Positions 9,143 to 17,897 are shown, counted from the first letter of the stretch. The stretch is 32,000 bases of DNA from an archaeon (GCA_024277355.1 JAJRVL010000004.1:1-32000); one strand, 5' to 3'. The notes: a model not told the origin generated them from the sequence alone. A program made the numbers and translations.

Positions 9143-9889
9143 TTATTTTATTATTGCATTTTCTAATTCAGTTAAAGAAGTAAGCCATTCAACCGGAATC
9201 AATGAATTAACTATCATTGAAAGAGTATTAGTGAAAATTAATATTCCTAGAATAATAAATATTATTCCAAAAATTAAATTTAATTTTTTCATGTAAGGTG
9301 CAAGTTTGTTTAAAAAAGATGAAGCTCTTGAAACAAATAATCCTACTAATAAAAAAGGAGTTCCTAAACCTAAAGAATAAGTAAACAATAAAGGAAAAGC
9401 TTCAACCGGCTGGGTTATTGCAATAGTTAAAATTAATCCTAAAAACGGACTGACACAAGGACTCCAGCCTATACCAAAAGCTGCTCCAAATAAAAAAGAC
9501 TTAAACAAAGAAGTTTTTCCCTGAACTTTTAATTTGTATTCTTTTTCTAAAAAAGGAATTTTAATTAAGCCGGTCATCATTAAACCAAAAATAATGATAA
9601 TACTTCCAAAAATATAACCTAAAATAATTCTTGCATCAAATGCAATTGAAGACAAAACACTTTGAAGTAAAACGCCAATTAAAGAAAAAAACAAAGCTAA
9701 ACCTAAAACAAAAGCAACAGTGTTAAGGAAAATTTTTCCTTTGGCTTTAACAGGATTATTTTTTATTTCTTCTAAACTTGATCCAGCCAAAAAAGTTAAA
9801 AAAGCAGGAATTAATGGAAGCAGGCAGACGCTTAAAAAAAATGATGCAAACCCTAAAATAAAGGCGCTAATTAATGATACATCAGCCAT
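9143..9889 (-). CDS. CcdA/DsbD-type transmembrane thiol-disulfide electron carrier
   Basis: Hydrophobic 248 aa with SVCLLPLIPAFLTFLAG and IGWSPCVSPFLGL motifs (one Cys in each half). Follows a thioredoxin-like gene. Confidence 0.85.
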   Translation of the reverse strand: MADVSLISAFILGFASFFLSVCLLPLIPAFLTFLAGSSLEEIKNNPVKAKGKIFLNTVAFVLGLALFFSLIGVLLQSVLSSIAFDARIILGYIFGSIIIIFGLMMTGLIKIPFLEKEYKLKVQGKTSLFKSFLFGAAFGIGWSPCVSPFLGLILTIAITQPVEAFPLLFTYSLGLGTPFLLVGLFVSRASSFLNKLAPYMKKLNLIFGIIFIILGILIFTNTLSMIVNSLIPVEWLTSLTELENAIIK

Positions 9890-9896
9890 AATTAAT

Positions 9897-10376
9897 CTAA
9901 TTTAATGCTTTGTTTATTTCTTCTATTATTGTTTCTTCACTCCACATTCCAATTGCTTTTTTTGTTACTTTTCCTTTAGAATTAAGAACTACATGAGTGT
10001 GCTGTAAACTTATGCCGAATTCTTTTGCTAATTCTTTTTCATTTTCATTTGTTTCAGAATCATTGTAATTTACTCTGAAGCCAATTACATTTTTGTTTTC
10101 TATTTTTGTAAATGCTTCTTGTACTATTGGTTCTTGTGCAACGCATGAAGGACACCATAAAGCATAAAATTCAAGTAAAATTACTTTTCCTTCTTGTCTT
10201 GCAGTATTATATTCTTCTTGAGTAAAAGAAACATATTTTGCATTTCCTTGAATATTAACTTTAGAATTTAATTCATTTGTTTTTGTTTCTGTATTTTTTG
10301 TTTGCGTGTCTGCTGAAGACTGAATACAACCTAAAACAAACACAATCAATGCAAGCAAAATCAATATTTTTTTCAT
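9897..10376 (-). CDS. Thioredoxin-like (TlpA/ResA-type) lipoprotein
   Basis: Lipobox-like VFVLGC, active-site region VILLEFYALWCPSCVAQEP. Confidence 0.85.
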   Translation of the reverse strand: MKKILILLALIVFVLGCIQSSADTQTKNTETKTNELNSKVNIQGNAKYVSFTQEEYNTARQEGKVILLEFYALWCPSCVAQEPIVQEAFTKIENKNVIGFRVNYNDSETNENEKELAKEFGISLQHTHVVLNSKGKVTKKAIGMWSEETIIEEINKALN

Positions 10377-10402
10377 TTAACTAACTCTTTAAAGTTTATG
10401 AA

Positions 10403-10669
10403 TTAAATTATTTTTTTTCCTGTTTCTTTTTCAATTATGTGGATTACATTTACTGGACATGCGCTTGCTGCTTCTTTGTGTTTTTCAAAGTCTTTTTCTT
10501 CTATGTCTAATGATTCCAATACAATTTCGTTATTTTCTTCTTTTTTCTGGCAGTTTTTTAAATCAGATTTTCCATCTGCATCCATTTCCCAGAATTCAGG
10601 AGCTAATGCTGCACATGCTCCGCATCCAATGCAACCAGGACGGTCGTGTTCTACTTTATAGTTTACCAT
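10403..10669 (-). CDS. Ferredoxin (one cluster, 4Fe-4S or 3Fe-4S type)
   Basis: CIGCGACAALAPEFWEM...ASACPVNVIHI. ATG at 10669 preferred over the track's GTG at 10678 because GAGGTG serves as the ribosome-binding site. Confidence 0.88.
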   Translation of the reverse strand: MVNYKVEHDRPGCIGCGACAALAPEFWEMDADGKSDLKNCQKKEENNEIVLESLDIEEKDFEKHKEAASACPVNVIHIIEKETGKKII

Positions 10670-10684
10670 AAAATACACCTCATT

Positions 10685-10700
10685 GTTAGGGGACCCTAAC
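10685..10700. promoter_or_regulatory. Perfect inverted repeat GTTAGGG-GA-CCCTAAC
   Basis: 7-nt arms, 2-nt spacer, immediately upstream of the ferredoxin ribosome-binding site. Confidence 0.5.
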
Positions 10701-10775
10701 TTTTTGTTTTAATCTTATGTATTATAGTTTAATTTATTTAAATAGGTTTTGTTACAAGATTAAAAGCTTTTTGAG

Positions 10776-11093
10776 TTATTTTTTGTCTTTTGGTTTAGTA
10801 GTTTTTGTTTTTACTGCTGTTTTTTTAACTGCTTTTTCTTTAATGGTTATTTTTCCGCCTATTGCTGTTCCAGGCAAACCTTTTTCCAGTCTTGCTATTA
10901 CTGCACCTTTGTCTCCGTGTATTCTGCTTATTTTTCCCTGAATTAATTTTCCTGCTGGACTTTTCCATTCAACTTTTTTTCCCATTAAAGCTGAAGCTTT
11001 TGTTTTTGTATCAACTGAATCTGCTATTAAAACAAACTGGTTTGTATGCTGTGTTCTTCTGCCTCTTCTGAAATTTTTTATTGTCATTTTCAT
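10776..11093 (-). CDS. rpl35ae: Ribosomal protein L35Ae (eL33)
   Basis: NFRRGRRTQHTNQFVLIADSVD, MGKKVEWKSPAGKLIQGKISRIHGDKGAVIARLEKGLPGTAIGGKITI. Confidence 0.85.
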   Translation of the reverse strand: MKMTIKNFRRGRRTQHTNQFVLIADSVDTKTKASALMGKKVEWKSPAGKLIQGKISRIHGDKGAVIARLEKGLPGTAIGGKITIKEKAVKKTAVKTKTTKPKDKK

Positions 11094-11230
11094 TTTAAAT
11101 TACCTCTTGTGAAATCAAAAATAGAGTTATTCAAGAATTTGTATATAGTAATACTTTTAAACTATACTTTTTGTTCTTTGATTTCAATTAACTTATTAAT
11201 ATTTTATGTGTTTTCTATTTATTGAAGATT

Positions 11231-11881
11231 ATGCTTATTGCAGGAATAGATGAAGCAGGAAGAGGACCGGTTTTTGGGCCAATGGTTTTGGCTGTATGCT
11301 GTATTAGAAAAAAAGATGAAGAAAAATTAATTGAGTTAGGCGTAAAAGATTCAAAGCTTTTATCTGAAAAAGAAAGATTAAGAATGCTTCCTGAAATTAA
11401 GTCTGTTGTATTTGATTTTGATTCTGTTCATGTTTCTGCAAGAGAAATTGATGAATTAAGAAACAGGAAATCTTTGAATGAAATTGAAGCAATGAGGATA
11501 GGATTTTTGTTAAATAATTTAAAGGAAAAACCTGAACTTGTTTTTGTTGATTCTCCTGATTCAATTCAGGAAAATTTCACTAAAAGAATAAAAAATTATT
11601 TATCTTTTGATTGCATTATTAAATCTGAGCATAAAGCTGATTTAAATTATCCTGTTGTTTCTGCGGCTTCAGTTATTGCTAAAACTGAAAGAGATAATGA
11701 AATAAAAAAATTAGCAGAAAAATACGGCAATATTGGTTCGGGTTATCCTGGAGATGAAGTTACAGTAAAATTTTTAGAGAACTGGATTAAATTAAATAAT
11801 TCTCTGCCTGTTTTTGCAAGAAGTTCATGGGATACTTCAAAAAGAGCTTTAAATAAAAAATTCCAGACAAAATTATTTTAA
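11231..11881 (+). CDS. rnhB: Ribonuclease HII
   Basis: LIAGIDEAGRGPVFGPMV, KDSKLLSEKER, ADLNYPVVSAASVIAKTERD, GSGYPGD. The track starts at TTG 11222, but ATG 11231 is more likely. Confidence 0.96.
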   Translation: MLIAGIDEAGRGPVFGPMVLAVCCIRKKDEEKLIELGVKDSKLLSEKERLRMLPEIKSVVFDFDSVHVSAREIDELRNRKSLNEIEAMRIGFLLNNLKEKPELVFVDSPDSIQENFTKRIKNYLSFDCIIKSEHKADLNYPVVSAASVIAKTERDNEIKKLAEKYGNIGSGYPGDEVTVKFLENWIKLNNSLPVFARSSWDTSKRALNKKFQTKLF

Positions 11882-11968
11882 TTTTTTTTGAAGAAAAAAA
11901 CTTTTTTTAACTTTTTTCTTAATTAGGTTTAAAAAACTAATTAGAGATATTTGATTAGAGTTGGTTTA

Positions 11969-12439
11969 ATGGAAAAAGAAAAAAACAAAAAAGTCATTAA
12001 ATTTTCAATGGACATGGATAAAGTAGAGGAAATGATTGACAAATTAATGGATTCAATGATGGATAAATTTCCGGAAGAAAAACAGCCTTTTGTTATGGGT
12101 TTTACTATTAATTTTAATTCAGATGATTTGCCTGTAATAGAAGAATTAAAGGAAATTGAAACTGATTCTGAAACAGAAAAACATTTGGTAACAAAAAATT
12201 TTTCTGTTCTTTTAGCTGAAGCACATTATTTTCCAAAAGAAGTTTTAGTTTCTTTTGAGTTGCCAAAAAATATTTCAAGAAATGATTTAACTGTTGAAAT
12301 AAAAGAAAAAACTGTTTTAGTTAAATCAAAAAAATTTTCTTATTCAAAGAGAATTTCTTTAAAAGAAAAAATTAATCCAAAAAAATTTTCTTCTAATTTT
12401 AATAATTCAGTTTTAGAATTAACTTTTATTAAAAAATAG
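11969..12439 (+). CDS. Hsp20/alpha-crystallin-like small protein
   Basis: C-terminal beta-rich region ...VLVSFELPKNISRNDLTVEIKEKTVLVKSKKFSYSKRISLKEKINPKKFSSNFNNSVLELTFIKK follows the Hsp20/CS fold pattern. ATG 11969 preferred. Confidence 0.5.
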   Translation: MEKEKNKKVIKFSMDMDKVEEMIDKLMDSMMDKFPEEKQPFVMGFTINFNSDDLPVIEELKEIETDSETEKHLVTKNFSVLLAEAHYFPKEVLVSFELPKNISRNDLTVEIKEKTVLVKSKKFSYSKRISLKEKINPKKFSSNFNNSVLELTFIKK

Positions 12440-13303
12440 TTATTCGTATTCAGGGTTTTTTGTTAATCTTATTGCGTTATCGCCGAAGTATTGTAAAAAC
12501 TTTTTTGTTGTTTTTATTACATAAGTTATTCCTGCTTTTTCTCTTGAAATAAATCCTTGTTCTTCTAAAATTTTTATTTCATCATAAGCTTTATTTGTTC
12601 TGTATTTAATTACAGTTGATTGTTTTACTGGTTGTTTAAATGCAATATAGGCTATTGTTTTCATTACTCCTTTAGAAAATCTAGTTGGACCTGCTAAATG
12701 AGCTACTTTTACTTCTAATTCTGATAAAACCTGCATTCTGTATCCTTCTGTTTCTCTTATAATTTCTGTTCCGCTTTTTCTTTCGTTTAATGATTCTTTT
12801 AAGCTTTTAATTAATTCAGAAATTAATTCTAAGTCGTTTGTTTCACAGATTTTTGCTATTTCTTTTAATTCAATTGGCTGAGGAGACATAAAAAGTATTG
12901 CTTCAACTAACTGCCTTAATTTTTCTATTCTTTTTTCTTCTGCAAAATAATCTTTTTCTGGTTTTTTTGTTTCTGTTTCTTCTTTTTTGTCTGCTTTGTT
13001 TTTCTCTGGTTTATCTTTTTTTGTCTCTTGTTTTTCTTCTTCTTTTTTTTCAGTTTCTTTGTCTGAGTTTTCTTCTGAGTCTTTTTCTTGTTTTTCTTCT
13101 GTTTCTTCTTTCTTTTTTTGTTTTTCTGTTTCTTTTGTTATTTCTTCTTTTAATCCGTTTACTTCATCTTCAAAGTCATCTGATTTATTTACTTGTTCGT
13201 TTAAGTTTTTGTTTAATTCTGGATTCAGATTTTTGTTTAATTCTGGATTTAAGTCGTCTTCTGTTTCTTCGTTTTCTTCATTTAAGTATTCATCCATTTT
13301 CAT
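12440..13303 (-). CDS. scpB: Segregation and condensation protein B with long charged N-terminal extension
   Basis: RLVEAILFMSPQPIELKEIAK-type start, HLAGPTRFSKGVMKTIAYIAFKQPVKQSTVIKYRTNKAYDEIKILEEQGFISREKAG. Confidence 0.88.
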   Translation of the reverse strand: MKMDEYLNEENEETEDDLNPELNKNLNPELNKNLNEQVNKSDDFEDEVNGLKEEITKETEKQKKKEETEEKQEKDSEENSDKETEKKEEEKQETKKDKPEKNKADKKEETETKKPEKDYFAEEKRIEKLRQLVEAILFMSPQPIELKEIAKICETNDLELISELIKSLKESLNERKSGTEIIRETEGYRMQVLSELEVKVAHLAGPTRFSKGVMKTIAYIAFKQPVKQSTVIKYRTNKAYDEIKILEEQGFISREKAGITYVIKTTKKFLQYFGDNAIRLTKNPEYE

Positions 13304-13436
13304 CAGCTTAATAAAGTTATTTCCAAAAAATATTTAATTAAAAGCATTAATAACAAATGTTTTTCTGGCTTATTAAGTTAACTTAGAATTAATGAATTTA
13401 GTTAGATTTAAATAAATCTAAAAACTTATTATTTTT

Positions 13437-14117
13437 ATGCCTACTTTTGGGAAAGGAAGAATTAACAGGAAGTTAACCAAAAAAAGAAAGTTGGAAACAC
13501 ATATTTATTCAAAAAACGGAAGGAAATTTCTTAGAGAAAGACGACGCTATCCTGTTGATAATTCAAGTTTGAATAGTTATTCTGTACGTTTTAATCTTAA
13601 TATTAATAATTGGATTAAAAAAAGATTTAATAAAACAAAAAAACCAGTTTTTGTTTTGGATTGGGGTTGTGGGAAAGGAAATGCCTTAACTGAACTTGCA
13701 AAAACAAATAAAAACGTTAAATGTTATGGTTTTGCCAGAGATTCACATAATGAATGGAGAAATAACTCTCATGTAAAATTTATTCAGAATGATGCTGAAA
13801 GCTTGTTTCGTTATTTTAAAAATGGCTCTTTAGATCTTGTAATTTCTCGCTTGGGATTATTGCATTTAGGTAATGGTTTTTTTGATTATGCGGTAAGGGT
13901 TTCTGAAAAACTTAATCAAGGAGGAGTTTTGGTGTCAGACATTCCTTCAAGAGATGCAATTCTTACTACAGAAAATTTCTGTGGGAAGTATAATAACTTA
14001 AGAAAAAAAAAGAGACGCAAAACTGCACTAAAAGAAAAATTTGTTATTCCTTCTAAAGGAATTGATGTTGAAATAAATTGGGTTAGTAATATAATGAAAA
14101 TCAAAAAAGTCAGTTAA
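13437..14117 (+). CDS. Class I SAM-dependent methyltransferase domain protein, basic N-terminus
   Basis: VFVLDWGCGKGNALTELAKTNKNVKCYGFARD, FIQNDAESLFRYFKNGSLDLVISRLGLLHL. Confidence 0.7.
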   Translation: MPTFGKGRINRKLTKKRKLETHIYSKNGRKFLRERRRYPVDNSSLNSYSVRFNLNINNWIKKRFNKTKKPVFVLDWGCGKGNALTELAKTNKNVKCYGFARDSHNEWRNNSHVKFIQNDAESLFRYFKNGSLDLVISRLGLLHLGNGFFDYAVRVSEKLNQGGVLVSDIPSRDAILTTENFCGKYNNLRKKKRRKTALKEKFVIPSKGIDVEINWVSNIMKIKKVS

Positions 14118-14295
14118 TTTCTTTTTTTTGTTTGTGTTTTCATTCATTAAACTAATGAAGATTTCTCTAAAAACTCTCTTAAGGAGAAGTGATTTTGAGG
14201 ACTCTGAAACTTTGGTTTTCATGTTCTTTTTGAGTTATATTCTTAAAAAAAATGGGTTTTTAAACTGATTTTACTATAATATATTATTAGATATT

Positions 14296-14772
14296 ATGTA
14301 TATGTTATTAGATGTTGCGTGGAAAAGATTAGGGTTAATTTTAATTGTATTAATTATTTTTAGTCAACTAGCTTTTGCAGATTATGTTTGTTATGATGGG
14401 GGCTGTTCAGATTCATCTAATAGGCGTTCTCAAAAATACTATTATGATTCAGGATATTATTCTGATAAATATAGTTATCCTGCTTCAGACTCTTATTCTA
14501 ATAAATATGATTATTATGCTTCAGAGTATTATTCTGATAAATATAGTTATTCTGGAAGCAATTATTATTCTTATAATTATGGAATTTACAGTAATTTAAG
14601 TTATAGTCCATATTATTCTGGTTTGTATTATTCTGGATATTCTTATCCTTATTATACTAATTATTATCCTAATTATTATTATCCTAATTATTATTATCCT
14701 AATTATTATGCTGGATATTATCCTTATTTTGGGTATTATTCTATGTATAACAGTCGTGGATATTACAGATAA
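14296..14772 (+). CDS. Secreted tyrosine-rich low-complexity protein
   Basis: Signal-peptide-like WKRLGLILIVLIIFSQLAFA, then about 130 aa dominated by Tyr, Ser, Asn and Pro. 50 Tyr in 158 aa counted by hand. Confidence 0.65.
   Translation: MYMLLDVAWKRLGLILIVLIIFSQLAFADYVCYDGGCSDSSNRRSQKYYYDSGYYSDKYSYPASDSYSNKYDYYASEYYSDKYSYSGSNYYSYNYGIYSNLSYSPYYSGLYYSGYSYPYYTNYYPNYYYPNYYYPNYYAGYYPYFGYYSMYNSRGYYR
14669..14716 (+). repeat. Short tandem repeat (15 nt unit) encoding PNYYY units
   Basis: tattatcctaattattattatcctaattattattatcctaattattat encodes (P-N-Y-Y-Y)n. Boundaries approximate. Confidence 0.7.
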
Positions 14773-14863
14773 AGATTTAACTGATTGAAAACAGAATTAC
14801 TTGTTTGAACCGAAAAAATACTGTTTTTTTGAGGGTTTTGAACATTAAATTTTTATCAGAAAA

Positions 14864-15562
14864 TTAGGGTTGGTTTGTCTGGTTTTCCAGCAGATAAATA
14901 AATATTTCGCCAAACCAGTCTTCCTGCCAGACATTAATTTTTTCTTCATTGTTTAAGAATAAAATTGGAATAAAAGTGTCAATTAAATGTGAAGAAGAAT
15001 TTTTTTCAATTAAAGCAGAAAACAAAACCATTCCTTCTGAGTCTGCTTTTTGTTTTATTTGGCTTAAAACTTTTTCCATTTTTTCATTAATGTTTTCTGT
15101 TACTATTGGAACTTGAAATTTTAATTCAGGCATTTCCCTTAACTTGTTTTTTTTGCTTTTAGTTTGTTCAACTATTGCTTCAATTGCATTAACTAATTCA
15201 TCTAAAGAAATTTTTCCTTCTCTTAAAGTAGCAGGATTTTTCAGTTCAGGAATAAATTCTTCAATTATTTTATCTGTTCCATTTTTTGTTTCGTCTTCTT
15301 CTTCTAAAGAAGAAATTTTAAGTAATTTAGATTTAGCTCTTAACAAAATTGCTGAAGCTAAAATTGCATTAGCTGGAATTCTTAAATCAACTCTTTCCAT
15401 TGAATTAATTTTATGCAAATATGTTTCAGCTAAAAAACTAATATTAATGTCCCATGGATCCATTTTTTCAGAGTTAACTAAATCTAATAAAATAGTTTTC
15501 CATTCAGGCATATCAATTAAGGAAACTAAGTTTACGTTTCCTAATACTATGGATTCCTGCAT
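14864..15562 (-). CDS. scpA: Segregation and condensation protein A
   Basis: WKTILLDLVNSEKMDPWDINISFLAETYLHKI, ILASAILLRAKSKLL, ending VFSALIE...IPILFLNNEEKINVWQEDWFGEIFI. Confidence 0.88.
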   Translation of the reverse strand: MQESIVLGNVNLVSLIDMPEWKTILLDLVNSEKMDPWDINISFLAETYLHKINSMERVDLRIPANAILASAILLRAKSKLLKISSLEEEDETKNGTDKIIEEFIPELKNPATLREGKISLDELVNAIEAIVEQTKSKKNKLREMPELKFQVPIVTENINEKMEKVLSQIKQKADSEGMVLFSALIEKNSSSHLIDTFIPILFLNNEEKINVWQEDWFGEIFIYLLENQTNQP

Positions 15563-15600
15563 TATAAAAATAAGTCAAAGAAATATTTAATTCAATGCTT

Positions 15601-16005
15601 TTAGAAATCATCTATTAAATTATAAGCTTTAATCCAGTTTTCATCTAACTGCTGTTTTTTAATTAAAGAAAGCAGTTTTTTTTTATTATAATTCATTTTT
15701 TTCAGGTTAGAACAGACTCTTTTATCAATAAAAATTTCAGTTTTTTTGTCTTTAAGTTTAAATGACAAAGGATAGATTTCGCAGTCAAAAGGCTTTTTTT
15801 TGTAAATTTTGCATTGGTTTATTTTATTGTTTAAAAAAATGCATTTATTTTGTTTTCTCTTTAAAACTTTCAGTTTCCTGTAAGGAGTAATTATTATTTC
15901 AGAATAATTTTTAAATTTTTTTTCTTCTGAAGGTAAAAGAACAGGAATTAATTTTTCGTTTTGGCAGCATTTTGCATTGCATTTATTGCAGTTAATTTCA
16001 AGCAT
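15601..16005 (-). CDS. YkgJ-family Cys-cluster (zinc/iron-chelating) protein
   Basis: CNKCNAKCCQNEKLIPVLL, CIFLNNKINQCKIYKKKPFDCEIYPL. Confidence 0.8.
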   Translation of the reverse strand: MLEINCNKCNAKCCQNEKLIPVLLPSEEKKFKNYSEIIITPYRKLKVLKRKQNKCIFLNNKINQCKIYKKKPFDCEIYPLSFKLKDKKTEIFIDKRVCSNLKKMNYNKKKLLSLIKKQQLDENWIKAYNLIDDF

Positions 16006-16097
16006 ATTAATCTAATTTTCACCGAAACACTTATTAATAATTAAACTCTATTTAATAAAGAAAAATTCATGAAATTAATGTTTTTAAGGTGGTTTAA

Positions 16098-16811
16098 TTG
16101 AAGAGAGTTCCAATAGGTATTGAAGGATTAGATGAATTAATTCAGGGAGGAGTTCCAAAAGGTGCTTCAATTTTAGTTTCAGGTGGAGCAGGAGCCGGAA
16201 AAACAATTTTTGCAACACAATTTTTGTATAATGGTGCAACAAAATTCAATGAACCAGGATTATATGTTACTTTAGAAACTAACTTAAAAAATATTACTTG
16301 GGATATGGAAAACTTTAGATGGGATATCAAAAAACTTCAAGAAAAAGAATTATTTAAAATTTATAAATTAAATTTAGCTGAAAAAGACTCTGAAAACATT
16401 GAAGAAGAAGTATTAGAAGAATTAAATATTATTTCTGAATACATTGAAAAAGTTGGTGCAACAAGATTAGTTGTTGATTCAACTACTTCTTTAGCAATGT
16501 GGATTAGAGGTTCAGCTGCAATGAGAAAAACTTTGTTTCAGTTCACTGACGGCTTAAAAAAATTAGATTGTACTACTTTAATGACTTCAGAAACAAAAGG
16601 AAGCAAAGATGCAATTAGTGCTTTTGGAGTAGAAGAATTTGTTGTTGACGGAGTAATGGTGTTGTATTTGCATCCTCCGCATAGAACAATTTTTATTAGA
16701 AAAATGAGGGGAACAAACCAGTCAATGTCTCCTCATCCATTTGAAATAACCGAAAACGGAATTGTAGTAAGAAGCAAAGAAGAAGTTCCATGGGAAGGCA
16801 TACACTTATAG
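16098..16811 (+). CDS. KaiC-like RecA-superfamily ATPase
   Basis: MKRVPIGIEGLDELIQGGVPKGASILVSGGAGAGKTIFATQFLYNG with Walker A; Walker B region TRLVVDSTTSLAMWIRG. TTG start behind a GGTGG Shine-Dalgarno. Confidence 0.9.
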   Translation: MKRVPIGIEGLDELIQGGVPKGASILVSGGAGAGKTIFATQFLYNGATKFNEPGLYVTLETNLKNITWDMENFRWDIKKLQEKELFKIYKLNLAEKDSENIEEEVLEELNIISEYIEKVGATRLVVDSTTSLAMWIRGSAAMRKTLFQFTDGLKKLDCTTLMTSETKGSKDAISAFGVEEFVVDGVMVLYLHPPHRTIFIRKMRGTNQSMSPHPFEITENGIVVRSKEEVPWEGIHL

Positions 16812-16911
16812 TGCCTTTAATTCTTTTTCTTTTTTTAATTTCTTTCTTTAAACGGATTATTACTTAGTTCTCTTATAAAAAAACTTTCCTGATTACTTTT
16901 ATTTGATTTAA

Positions 16912-17841
16912 ATGAAAGTTTTGGTTACAGGCGGAGCAGGATTTATTGGAAGCAATACTGTTAATTATTTAATTAAAAAAAATTTTGATGTAATTGTATT
17001 AGACGATTTATCAAGAGGATTTAAAAAATTAGTTAATCCAAAAGCAGAATTTATTAAAGGAAGTTTTGGAGACAAAAAAATTTTAAGTAAAGCTCTTCAG
17101 GGAGTTGAAGCAGTAATTCATTTTGCGTCATTTATTTATCCTGAAGAGTCAATTGAAAAACCTGAACTTTACTATAAAAACAATGTAATGAATTCAGTTG
17201 TTTTATTAGAGGAAATGAGGAAAAAAAATGTTAATAAAATTATTTTTTCTTCCAGTTGTTCTGTTTACGGAGAACCAGAAAAAATTCCTGTTTCAGAATT
17301 AAATCCATTAAATCCTATTTCTCCTTATGGTGAAACAAAAAAAGTAATAGAGAAAATTTTAGAATTATATTTTATTATTTTTGGAATTAAAAGTATTTCT
17401 TTAAGATATTTCAATCCTTTTGGTCCAAATGAAATGCATAAACCTGAAATTCATGCAATACCTAATTTTATTAATGCAGTTTTAGAACAAAAACCAATTC
17501 AGGTTTTTGGAGATGGAGAACAAATAAGAGATTTTATTTTTGTTGAAGATTTAGTTAAAGCTCATGTTTTAGCATTAAAAAAAATTGATGAAATTAAATT
17601 TGATTTTTTTAATGCCGGTACAGGAACAGGCCATTCAGTTAATCAGGCAATTAAATTAATTTTTGAGTTAACTGAAAAAAAAACTGAAATTAATTTTTTG
17701 CCTGAAAGAATTGGAGATCCTAAAAAATTAATTGCAGATACAAAAAAAATCAGGGAAAAACTTGGGTGGAAACCTGAATCAGATTTTAAAAATTCATTAA
17801 AAAAAACTATTGTCTTTTTTAAAGCAAACAATAACTTTTAA
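16912..17841 (+). CDS. galE: NAD-dependent sugar epimerase, UDP-glucose 4-epimerase-like
   Basis: Rossmann MKVLVTGGAGFIGSNTVNYL, SSSCSVYGEPEKIPVSE, catalytic SPYGETKKVIEKI, LRYFNPFGPNE. Confidence 0.88.
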   Translation: MKVLVTGGAGFIGSNTVNYLIKKNFDVIVLDDLSRGFKKLVNPKAEFIKGSFGDKKILSKALQGVEAVIHFASFIYPEESIEKPELYYKNNVMNSVVLLEEMRKKNVNKIIFSSSCSVYGEPEKIPVSELNPLNPISPYGETKKVIEKILELYFIIFGIKSISLRYFNPFGPNEMHKPEIHAIPNFINAVLEQKPIQVFGDGEQIRDFIFVEDLVKAHVLALKKIDEIKFDFFNAGTGTGHSVNQAIKLIFELTEKKTEINFLPERIGDPKKLIADTKKIREKLGWKPESDFKNSLKKTIVFFKANNNF

Positions 17842-17897
17842 AAAAAGGAATTCAGCTAATATTACTGGAATTTTACATTTCAATAAGGGGTGAATTA

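Noticed and set aside
9720-9905. Plus-strand 61-aa ORF opposite the CcdA gene
   Set aside because: Antisense to a clear coding gene, no Shine-Dalgarno or homology-like motif.
10437-10671. Plus-strand ORFs of 74 and 70 aa opposite ferredoxin
   Set aside because: Antisense to the motif-supported ferredoxin. Two overlapping frames, neither protein-like.
12898-13337. Plus-strand ORFs of 137 and 116 aa (Leu/Phe/Ser-rich)
   Set aside because: They are antisense shadows of the Glu/Lys-rich scpB extension. Codons ttt/tct/ctt on the opposite strand arise from aaa/aga/aag. No independent motifs.
14669-14716. Reading the tattatcctaat repeat as a regulatory or CRISPR-like array
   Set aside because: The 15-nt periodicity is in frame and fully explained by the PNYYY coding repeat.
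14773-14863. Possible tRNA-like or T-loop sequence (tttgaaccg)
   Set aside because: No cloverleaf, acceptor stem or anticodon arm can be drawn around it.
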